DNA from: Eledone cirrhosa
Lineage: Eukaryota
NCBI GenBank assembly: GCA_964016885.1
Contig: OZ024740.1
Coordinates: 247,256,001 to 247,320,000 of the forward strand
Length of the DNA: 64,000 nucleotides
Direction of reading: 5' to 3'
Shown: positions 51,452 to 64,000 of the stretch, piece after piece
How positions within the stretch are numbered: position 1 is the first letter of the stretch
Layout: each line of letters opens with the position of its first letter
The notes under the pieces: generated by a model
Database searches by the model: none
What the model was told of the DNA's origin: nothing
What the model saw: only the letters and a program-made list of their open reading frames with translations
Made by a program: the position numbers and the translations under genes

Positions 51452-51757
51452 ATATGAATGTATATATAGTGTATTTTGCAATACAATGTATGCTTAATTA
51501 AAAGCATTTCGAAGACCTTATGCTATTGTTTTAGAGTAGTGACAGTCTCACTTACTTTAAATTTTCAGCAAACAGAGGAGATAAAGCTTGACAGAGCTAT
51601 GTTCGTACTGATTGGTACTTATCAAAGCCAAGTACTCCACCCGTTTGCTTAAAATTTAAAGTAAGTGAGACTGTCACTACTCTAAAATAATAGCATAAGG
51701 TCTTCGAAATGCTTTTAATTAAGCATACAGTGTATTGCAAAATACACTGTATATACA

Positions 51758-51764
<7 letters not shown>
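51452..51764. repeat. Inverted repeat, ~122-bp arms, ~69-bp spacer
   Basis: 51452-51573 is the reverse complement of 51643-51764 with few mismatches. Confidence 0.9.
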
Positions 51765-54862
<3,098 letters not shown>

Positions 54863-54894
54863 ATAATAACTTGTGTGTTACACCTCTATTCTTT

Positions 54895-54926
<32 letters not shown>

Positions 54927-55470
54927 GGTTTTGCTCGATCCGAAACTCTGGTAAAAATCACTATAGTTGGATCAAATCGAAGTTGGTGATATATATATAT
55001 ATATAGGACACGTGACCTTACTGCCGAATTTACTACTACAGTCGAATGGCAGTGTTGTCTCAGAACCCGAGGGTAGTGGATAGTCGGAACGAAAAATCTG
55101 TTGACGAAAGGAAATCCCCGTTCCATCTTAGGATACATTACTGACTTGCAGATACATTACGCAACTTGGAGTGTAGCTACCGTATCCCAGAAACCTATCG
55201 AAGATATCGATTAATATCTATCGATCAGGTCCAGGTTCGTCTTTAACCTGCTTGTAATTTCGCTGTTATAATATTAACCTGGCTACATGTCCCTGGTCAC
55301 ATTATTCATTGTCACTATTACCTAATTTCTTGTGTTCACTCTGAGGAGAAATTTATGTATTAATTACTCTGTCATTGAGTGCGATGTGACAACCTTAGTT
55401 GACCGAATCTGATCTACTGCTTGCAGCTGCAACTTCGATTATACTCATTATTATTTGTGTTAAGCGCAAT

Positions 55471-55620
55471 GGATTGGCAGTATCGGTAGAGAGTCGGACA
55501 CCATGCTTTGAAGCATAGAGTTACGTCCCTTTATGATCTGGGTTCAAATCCCACCGAGGTTAATTACCAGTAATGTACTGGGTAATTGCTGGCCTTGTGC
55601 CTAAAATAGAAACAATTATT
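55471..55620 (+). mobile_element. tRNA-derived SINE with internal deletion
   Basis: GGATTGGCAGTATCGG...GTTCAAATCC...GCTGGCCTTGTGCCTAAAATAGAAACAATTATT; ATTATTATTTGTGTTAAGCG repeated on both sides. Confidence 0.85.
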
Positions 55621-56099
55621 ATTTGTGTTAAGCGTTTATGTAGGTACATTATACAATCCGGGACTCCGGATATATCTCGTTAAACCGTGGGTCTATACCT
55701 GGAAAGTTCCTCTCCATGGTGCGTCACAAGGAAAGGATCTTTTTTTTTACCTGTGAAAAACGGGCAGTCTTCCAATATGCAAATTCTTCCTCTCCTCGTC
55801 ACTGTGAGAAAAACAATAACTGATACAGCTTGGTACCATTGGGGATGCAGGCGAACACAAAGTAACGGAAGAAATATGACAAGTCATCACATCAGACACT
55901 CTGACAATTTCACCAGTCGACCTTCTTGGAGTGGTACTTTATTTATCGACCCCGAAAGAATCGGTAAAAATCAGAATCAGCGTCATACAATTCAGGTACC
56001 GGAATTGCGAACTTTAAGGGAACAGACGGTAACACTCATACACCACAGGCGGTCTATTTCGCTAAAGAAGAACTCGAGAGCACTAAGAGTAAATATATG

Positions 56100-56700
56100 T
56101 GAAGAGTACGCTACAGCCGAGAAGAGATGGAAATGTTTAGTTATTCAGAGGAGGAACATAGAAGAGGCAACTCAACTGATGAGACTGACCCACGACACTT
56201 CTTTCGACACGAAATTCGAAGTAAACCTATATGCTAAACAAAATGCATAGAAAGTTATTCGATATATCCACGTGGATGCCGTACAATCCTGCAACAATGC
56301 CACATTTCGTTCTCTGGCGTACCACTGAAGCTCTGCGCAAGATATGTTTATATATACATTTTGCCAAATATTTGGGAAGCGGGGTGGACTAGAGATGAGG
56401 AAAGTCAATGCCTCTATCCCCAAAAGCCTACAGCATCCTGTGACAAATATGGCGGAGTTCTGCGAAAAACCGTTCTCAGTAGATGAAATGGAAGCTGTTC
56501 TGAGCCAATATGCAAGAGACAAATATCCAGGAGTGGATGTCTGCACTATGAATTCTACATTTACTGGCTAGACCTTTCTCTACTCTTTTGGAATATATCG
56601 ACACCAGCTAACATAAGACTGGTATCATTGCTAGTTGTGTGAACCGAGTTGTGGTATCACTTACAAAGAAAGGACCTGAAAAGTAGGATCATAAATGAAA
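56100..56700 (+). pseudogene. Degenerate L1/Tx1-like ORF2 fragment
   Basis: FCEKPFSVDEMEAVL...RDKYPGVD...EFY resembles the pre-RT KSPG.DGLP.E.Y region. Confidence 0.55.
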
Positions 56701-56927
56701 TGTCATGTCCACAACACTTCGTTGACTAGACTGTTACAATCCATCTCTGACTTGCGCTCATACATTATACATATACATTCATAAATCTCCATTACGACCA
56801 CCACATTGTCTACTCCATCTATTCTGTCTATCCTTTACCATTCCGCCCTCTTATCACACTTGTGGGTGTGTGAATCAACCAAAAAACATTCCCCACACTA
56901 TATACCGATTGGGCTTATTGATAGACC

Positions 56928-56958
<31 letters not shown>

Positions 56959-57299
56959 AGAAATCCTTTATCCCAATTTAGTAAAAAAAAACAAGGGAGG
57001 CGGAGAAACATGGGAACGCTAGAAGTTTTAGGCGAGGCTAGCTGTTAAAGGTGACTGACTAACGTCAGTTTAAGTCAGACCTACAAGAAGCTAAATAACA
57101 GTAAAAAGCTTATGAATTGTATTATATCATACTACATAGTGTAAAGACATAGATAAGCATACTAACGGTTGCTAACTGTTTGTGAGGCAGTATATTACTG
57201 ACGTTACCATCTGCTATCCCTCTTCCATTTCTTTCTTATCAAACATGTTTGGTAAAGTTATTCATGGAGATCTTTCCTGGTTTCTTTCTGTTTACTCTT

Positions 57300-57386
<87 letters not shown>

Positions 57387-57421
57387 GTCCCCCCCTCTCT
57401 CTCTCTCTCTCTCTTTCTCTG

Positions 57422-57461
<40 letters not shown>

Positions 57462-57466
57462 TATAT

Positions 57467-58300
57467 TAAATTGAAAAAGTGAAGAATAACATGGTCAACT
57501 GTACAAACAAGGAAATTTATTTACAGTCTAACAATTGTTTCTATGATAGAGTTGTCTAAAAGTTGCTAAACACTGAAGGCAGTGCCACTCAATTTAAAAT
57601 ACATGACGAAATGATGGAGATAACATGTATTTTAAATTGAGTGGCACTGCCTTCAGTGTTTAGCAATTTTTAGACAACTCCATCATAGAAACAATTGTTA
57701 GACTGTAAATAAATTTCCTTGTTTGTACAGTTGACCATGTTATTCTTCACTTTTTCAATTTTATTACTCCAAGATATACTTACATAGGAATACAATTGAA
57801 GTCAGAAACTCGTCATCCACGTAAACCTCTTGTTGAGTCATACAACGCCGTACGCTTAAACTATCCACGAAAAGAAGTTTTCACCTCTAATCGGATTACC
57901 TTTAACGACATCTTGTTATCCTCTATACCAAGCTCCCATTGGGTTGAGCAACCAATTTTACGCACGGCACTAACATCGAAAAATACTATATAGGAATATC
58001 CCTAAAAAAAACGTACCTATACCTACAAATAAGGAATATATGCTCGGTATGATACAAAGAACTAATGACATTATCCGCAGAATCAGATGGAAAGCACATC
58101 ATTACATAATTAAAGGACATAATAATAGTGATAGAAATAACGGATCTACCAGGGAAAAATATGAGTTTAAATCCTGCAAAAATCCACCAGACACCCCACA
58201 TCTTGATGCCTTTGAACTTGATCTCATGAACATGATAAAAGAAATTAAATTCAAAACACGAACCCATCACACAAACTGCAAAATAACATCAATGCACTTA
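57467..58300 (+). mobile_element. Penelope-like 5' end: pLTR with HHR plus ORF N-terminus, preceded by an inverted pLTR copy
   Basis: 57467-57605 is the reverse complement of 57624-57762; then KNVPIPTNKEY...IQRTNDIIRRIRWKA..., Y.FKS...P....L..FE.DL..MI..IKF, typical of PLE ORF N-termini. Confidence 0.75.
57604..57703 (+). ncRNA. Hammerhead with expanded stem II, clipped at the 5' edge of the core by the inversion junction
   Basis: (c)TGACGA-A-ATGATGGAG...CTCCATCAT-A-GAAA-CAATTG-TT-AGAC. Confidence 0.6.
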
Positions 58301-58389
58301 TAAGAAAATGTTTAGACTAGTGTGTGTTTATATGTGTTTGTTGTTATTGTACTTGTGTATATATATATTTATTTATTTGTTTATATTTC

Positions 58390-59205
58390 CTATTGTTTGT
58401 TTGGGTATGGTTGTTGTTATTCCATACGTTCTTTCTGTTCAAATTTTGTCTTCTTAGTTCTATCTCAGTTGCTTCTCTGATTTGACTACCTGGTGAGTCA
58501 TTTCTATGCTTAGATATTATTTTAACTTCTATGTTGTCTATATTACCGTCATGTCTTTGTCTGGCGTGTTCATATAGTACTGAACCTTTTTTTGTTGTTG
58601 TTTTTTTTCGTCCTTCTAGTTCCCCCCAGTGTTGGTCTATTCTTTCTCCTATGCTTCGAGCTGTCTGGCCTATGTATGTCGCTGTCATGTTTCTGCAAAT
58701 ACCCTCTGTACATCTTTTGCTATAAACTACATTTCTAGGTTTACAATTTATCTGGGGGTACATTCTAAATATAACACATTTCTTATTCGTACAGTGTGTT
58801 TTCTTAAGGGGGTATGTTTTGTTGATCAGGGATTTTTTTGGTAGTTCCTGGCTTTTCTACCACTTTAATCTTTAGATGGGTCTTTCTTAGGGCCTTTCTA
58901 CATTTCTTAGCTAATTTCCCTCCAGGGGTAGCATCCACGAACATGACACTCTGGTATCTCTGTTTGTGGTACCATGAAGTGGCTTTCCCTATCTTATGTT
59001 TAGTCCTATCTAAGTTATTCCTTGATTTGCTCCTGTGTAATGGGCAAATTCCTTTCATGTCCATTTCTATGAGGGTCTTATACTTCTCCGTGGCTCCTTC
59101 GTATACTCTGACTCTGTCTCTTTGGTTATAGCCAGAGAACTGCATGCGGTTGATGAAGTGTTGGATGTGTCTTTCCAATGCAGTTGGGTCGCACATGCGG
59201 GACAC
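58390..59205 (-). pseudogene. Penelope-like RT-thumb plus GIY-YIG fragment (frameshifted)
   Basis: F.NRMQFSGY...R, VMFV.ATPGG.L, KVVEKPG, C...NVVY..RC...C...YIGQTARS..ER..QH, SVL.EH....H, Q.REA..I. Confidence 0.85.
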
Positions 59206-60027
59206 ATGCGATCAGAATATTAAAGGAGAATGGTGGGAAGGAGAGGAGTTCCGAGAGGTTGTGAGGGGGGAGTCGTGGAAATACATTAAAATAACATGAA
59301 AAAATTAGAATAAAGGGACAAATTTAAAAATAAATATAACACGAGTGGGACAATAAATTGAAAACAAGTGGTGAAAGGGTGTGAGGCGTGTAGAGGTGGT
59401 GGTGGATGGAAGGGGAGGGAGAGGGGAGAAGGAAATTGGGGGTCCGAGTGGGGAGGGTGGAAGGTGGGGTGTGTGTTTGTGTGTAGGTGTACGTGTGTGT
59501 GTATGCGTGGATATGAGTGTGAGAGTTTGGGGGAGAACGAAGTTCTATGCTCGGGTTTTAGGAAAACCAGTGTGTACATGGGGTGGGGTGTAAGACTGCG
59601 TGTGTGCGCGTGTGGATGGAGATCGGTCGGAAAGGGTGGGGGAGACAGAGCGTGCGGAGTCCGGAGGTGGTGTGGGTGTATGTGAGGATATGCACGTGTG
59701 TATGTGTGTGTGTGTTTTGTGTGGTGTAGATACGTGGGAATGTATGGTTGCGTGTCTGCGAAAATGGTGTAAGTGTTTGTGTGTGTATTGGTGAGTGGTG
59801 TTTCGATGTGTGTGTAGACGGATGGTGAAATTCCGAGTAGTATCTCGTAGATATCCTGAGAGTGTGACCAGTGGTGTAGGATCCGTGGAATAGGTGATAG
59901 TGTAGGATCCGTGAAAAGTCCTACCGTATGCGGTAGGACTTTTGAGCACTCGATGCTCTTACAGAGCAGAGTATAATATTACATAAGAAACGGAGAATCA
60001 GTGGTGCGACGAATTAAATTTTATTAA

Positions 60028-60120
60028 ACATATTACAATCGTTTCTCTGGCGACCAGCTCGAGGCACGATCGATGCAATGATCGAACCTGACTCTGAAAT
60101 CGCAAGATCCTCAGATACGT
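60028..60120 (-). ncRNA. Type I hammerhead with ~62-nt stem II
   Basis: Minus: ACGTAT-CTGAGGA-TCTTGCGA...TCGCCAGA-GAAA-CGATTG-TA-ATATGT-TT-AATAAA. Confidence 0.8.
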
Positions 60121-60258
60121 CTCGATTCTTCGAAGCAGAGTTTCCAAAAATCTTTGCTTCGAAGAATAGAGACGTATGTGAGGATCTTGCGATTTCAGAG
60201 TCAGGTTCGATCATTGCATCGATCGTGCCTCGAGCTGGTCGCCAGAGAAACGATTGTA
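60034..60258. repeat. Inverted repeat, 107-bp arms, 11-nt spacer; right arm carries a core-mutated HHR (GTGAGGA)
   Basis: 60034-60140 is the reverse complement of 60152-60258; explains the mirrored ORFs 60014-60214 and 60078-60290. Confidence 0.93.
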
Positions 60259-60303
60259 TATATATATATATATATATATTGGCAGCATGACCCTCCCAAA
60301 GTA

Positions 60304-60348
<45 letters not shown>

Positions 60349-60389
60349 TGATATTAAATAAATGAAAACTATATTTATAAAGCCATATT

Positions 60390-60454
60390 TATTTTATTAT
60401 TTATATTTCAAGGGTAACCAAGACACCATTGGTACGCTTTCATCAGATAAAATA
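60390..60454 (-). ncRNA. Type I hammerhead ribozyme (TATTTTAT family)
   Basis: Minus: TATTTTAT-CTGATGA-AAGCGTACCAA...TTGGTTACCCTT-GAAA-TATAAA-TA-ATAAAATA. Confidence 0.78.
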
Positions 60455-62087
60455 CAAAGTTTGTGTTATAAATAGAGACATACCCATGAAAATCATACCT
60501 TATCGGTTGGAAATTCACTGGAAAGTGGAAATATATTAGGGAGTATTCAAACTTATATGTGAATATGCAAATGAATATGTAAATAATTGAAAAACAACCG
60601 TTTATTTAAATGACACTGGAGAAAGAGAGAGAGAGAAAGAGAGAAGAAATAGACAAGAGAAGATGAATATAACGTTAATTTTGGGGAAATATATTCTAAG
60701 TATAAATCTAATATTATGTGTATTTACGATTATTAGTTGTTTAAAATTATTTCTAATATAATATTTTCTGTTATAATTATATAGATAAATAATTAAATAA
60801 ATAAATAAATAGATAGATAAATGAATAGATGGGTATATCGTGTTATAGATAATTGTTTTAATGAGTTATGAAGGATATTGGTTTTGTATTTAATGTAAGT
60901 AAATATTAAGTTAAATTAAATTAAATTAACTGAGTTAATAACAATATTTATATTTATATATTTCAAAATGGGAAGATACGGAAAAACTCCAGTTTTGTTT
61001 ATTTAAAAAATAAGTAATTTTTAAAAAGGGATAAACAATTAAAGAAATAAAAAATGAAAAATAAAGAATTTAAAAATATTAAGATTAAAATTAAAATTAA
61101 AATTAAAATTAAAATTAAAATTTAAAAAAATTAGAATTATATATGAATATATTTTATGAAACTTTAAGAAGTGAAATTATAGCAAATGTTATAGATATGA
61201 TTTAGAGAAATCTATATATAAAAACCAAGTGGATAAGATTGTTATGGAAATAAGTAGAAATATTATAAGTGTAATTATAATTTATATATAGTGCTAAATG
61301 TTGAATTCAGGCGATGTCTACAAGAATTAAATAAATTTGTTCTTAAATTAATAGAATTCTTACATTTAAGTATGAAACAAATTTCCTCAACGCACAATTT
61401 GCAGAATCTAGATAAAGCTGTGTTTCATACGCGGGTGCTTATGAAATTATTTTCCAAGTTAATGAAAAGTCCATATTTTTTCATTTTAAGTTCCATATCA
61501 GGTTTGAAACAGAAGTTGAAGATTTTTTATCAAATCTTCGGAAAGAGCATTTGTGATTATTCTAGCGACTTTTAAATTCTGTAGAAGTTGCAACTACATA
61601 GTTAAATATATTATCACTGGTTTTGACTGTACATTTATAGACCAATGTCCTTATCTAAACACTTATTTTGTAAAGGACAGTTTAATTTAATTCTGCAGTT
61701 ACATTTTGCGGAGTTGTTGTTATTCAGAACGGTACTATTATGTTGGATATTGCTAGAGATATTACTGCTATTTTGGTTATTTTGGTTAGAGTTTAAATTT
61801 CTATTATTGATTCTATTTATATTTTTTATCTTTATCCCCTTATATTTTTTCTGTCTCTCTTTCTCCAGTTTCTATTTCTATTTTTTATCTTTATCCCCTT
61901 ATATTTTTCTCTCTCTCTTTCTCCAGTGTCATTTAAATAAACAGTTGTTTTTCAATTATTTACATATTCATTTGCATATTCTCACATAAGTTTGAATAAT
62001 CCCTAATATATTTCCACTATCCAGTGAATTTCCAACCGATAAGGTATGATTTTCATGGGTATGTCTCTATTTATGAAACAAACTTTG

Positions 62088-62151
62088 TATTTTATCTGAT
62101 GAAAGCGTACCAATGTTGTCTTGGTTACCCTTGAATATATAAAATAAAATA
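62088..62151 (+). ncRNA. Degenerate hammerhead (GAAA/stem III damaged)
   Basis: TATTTTAT-CTGATGA-AAGCGTACCAA...TTGGTTACCCTT-GAATATATAAA-ATAAAATA. Confidence 0.5.
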
Positions 62152-62285
62152 AATATGGTTTTATAAATATAGTTTCTATTTATTTAATATCATTGAATAT
62201 TTACTCCAGTAAACTGTTGAGTGCTCTAAATCAGTTATAAACATTTATGTTTGTCCGACTTCCAACAAATTAAATACCACTTCTA

Positions 62286-62326
<41 letters not shown>

Positions 62327-62329
62327 TGT

Positions 62330-62761
62330 ATATATACAAGGGATAACAAAATATTGTTATAGGTAATCCAGTTAGAGGTTGTGAATACTTCGTATTGTGG
62401 ATAGTTTTAACGTACGGCGTTGTTTGACTCAACAAGAGATTTAGGTAGGTGACGAGTTTATGATTTCAGTTGTAATCCCATGTAAGTTTATCTTGGAGTA
62501 ATAAAATTGAAAAAGTGAAGAATAACATGGTCAACAGTACAAAAAAAGGTATTTATTTACAGTCTGACAATCGTTTCACTGATTAAGTTGTCTAAAAATT
62601 TCTGAACACTAGAAGCAGTGCCACTCAATTTCAAATAAGATGTTAGCTTAATCAGATCATCTGAGACAACTACAAAATATCCGGTAAATTTAGAAATTCA
62701 AATTACAGCATCATTAATAATATTAATAATAAAGCTAACATCGTATTTGAAATTGAGTGGC
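62330..62761 (-). mobile_element. Diverged relative of the 57606-57930 Penelope pLTR, with a 30-bp inverted stub (62732-62761)
   Basis: Reverse complement aligns by eye with 57620-57930. Confidence 0.75.
62562..62667 (-). ncRNA. Hammerhead-like motif with expanded stem II and CAGAUGA core
   Basis: Minus: GTCT-CAGATGA-T-CTGATTAAG...CTTAATCAG-T-GAAA-CGATTG-TC-AGAC. Confidence 0.6.
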
Positions 62762-62789
62762 ATCCCTTGTATATATATATATATATATA

Positions 62790-63128
62790 GAGTGGTATTA
62801 CGTGGGATCAACGGCAACATCGTTTAAATCTCGATTATATAGGCATTCTTACTCAATAAAACACCAGAGCCAAAGAAATGTAACAACTTTAACAGAAAAA
62901 GCTTGGACGCTCAGGGATAGCGATCAAAAGTTCACCCTAAAATGGGAGAAATTAGCTAAAACCCAAAGCTTTTCCAGGAGCCAAAATTTCTGCAAATTGT
63001 GTAATCTTGAGATTTATTACATAATCACACACAAGAAGAAACTGCTGAATAACAGAATTGAACGAACATTATTCTGCCGTCACAGAACTAAAACCCTTTT
63101 TTCCCACTACAAGCCGAATATTACATAA
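62790..63128 (+). pseudogene. Penelope-like GIY-YIG C-terminal fragment, related to 8390-9817
   Basis: WYYVGSTATSFKSRLYRH..SI.H...R.VTTL..KAW.LR...FCKLCNLEIY.I....KLLN..IER.L.C.HR.KT.FS. Confidence 0.85.
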
Positions 63129-63400
63129 AAGAGGGACATCCCCCCAACTATATAAACCTCAATCTAGTTAGAGAGATATAAAAACAATCTCTTCTCAACA
63201 TATATTAATAACCTTAAATTACCACACTAATAATGGAAAGATATGCTGATGAGAATAGGTGCAAATATGCGATAATGAATGTGTCTAAAAACGTCCATAA
63301 GTATGTATATATATGTGAAAATGTATATAAATAAGTAAATGTATATATATGTTTGATGTGTATAGTTAGATGTAAGTGTATTCATGTATTAAAGTGCTTA

Positions 63401-63447
<47 letters not shown>

Positions 63448-64000
63448 ATATATATATATATATAGATGTGTATGTATATGTATATGTGTACACATAGACT
63501 AGAGTATGTATGTATATATGTGTGTGTCTATACGTGTGTATATAAAGATAAGTTGAGTATGAAAATGTATACACATGAACGCGTATGTATGTACATGAAT
63601 ACATGTGTGTATATATATATGTATGCATGTGTATATGTATGTATGTATGAATATGTGAATGTGAGTATATGTATTTTGTAGAGGTGTGCAAATATATTTG
63701 TGTGTGAATGCGTGGGTGAAAGGATACGTACACTTGAAAGAAAAATTTAAGTCTGAATGTTAATTAAGTGCAAACACAAAACCAACCACGCATATCTTTA
63801 CTATCTCTAATCCTTCTATAGATTTAGAAAAATAACCAATAATATATTCTATAAAAATGTCAAAACAACAGATGGGAATCTAATTACTCACTGCCACCAA
63901 AAATTCTCACTGCTATCAAAAAACCACTCCCTCAACTATTCTTCTAACAACTTCACCCCTCCCTCCTAATATTCTCTATAAAAACCAAATAGGTCTTCAG

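Larger units (their letters stand above)
60348..62290 (-). mobile_element. Decayed 5'-truncated Penelope-like element (GIY-YIG remnant ~61300-61790 on minus) with an inverted pLTR at its 5' side
   Basis: Minus KCNCR...CPLQNKCL, YKCTV, YV.ATSTEFK, NHK.SF; 60348-60655 is the reverse complement of ~61890-62195. Confidence 0.8.

Noticed and set aside
51500-51575. HHR in the 51452-51764 inverted repeat (CTGAAAA...GAAA-TGC-TT)
   Set aside because: Core deviates and stems I and II are not convincing.
63237-63260. CTGATGAG ~120 nt after the GIY-YIG stop
   Set aside because: The position fits a pLTR HHR, but no stem II closure or GAAA/UH half was found; possibly truncated.

Overview
AT-rich, microsatellite-dense eukaryotic (animal) DNA with no host protein-coding gene that I can recognise. 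The tRNA-derived SINE and the repeat landscape suggest a cephalopod such as Octopus (inference only). The window is almost entirely transposon material: one apparently intact CsRn1/Boudicca-type Ty3/gypsy LTR element (28545-33930; matching 264-bp LTRs, GTGG TSD, -1 frameshift signal), two decayed R4/Dong-type RLE LINEs, several L1/Tx1-like pieces, CR1-, RTE- and CRE-like fragments, a decayed hAT transposon, about 8 copies of one SINE and at least 7 Penelope-like (RT/GIY-YIG) remnants. The main hidden signal is non-coding: about 20 type I hammerhead ribozyme (HHR) motifs (stem I - CUGANGA - stem II - GAAA - short, often palindromic stem III - UH - stem I), read by eye on both strands, from about 10 sequence families. 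They sit in Penelope pseudo-LTRs and in non-coding tandem/inverted retrozyme-like units of about 437, 467, 486 and 1005 bp. Many carry unusually long, structured stem II insertions (about 50-100 nt), with covariation between relatives. Most loci are inverted duplications embedded in (TA)n. All folds were assigned by manual base-pairing and no ribozyme activity is demonstrated. Most ORFs in the supplied track are microsatellite artefacts.
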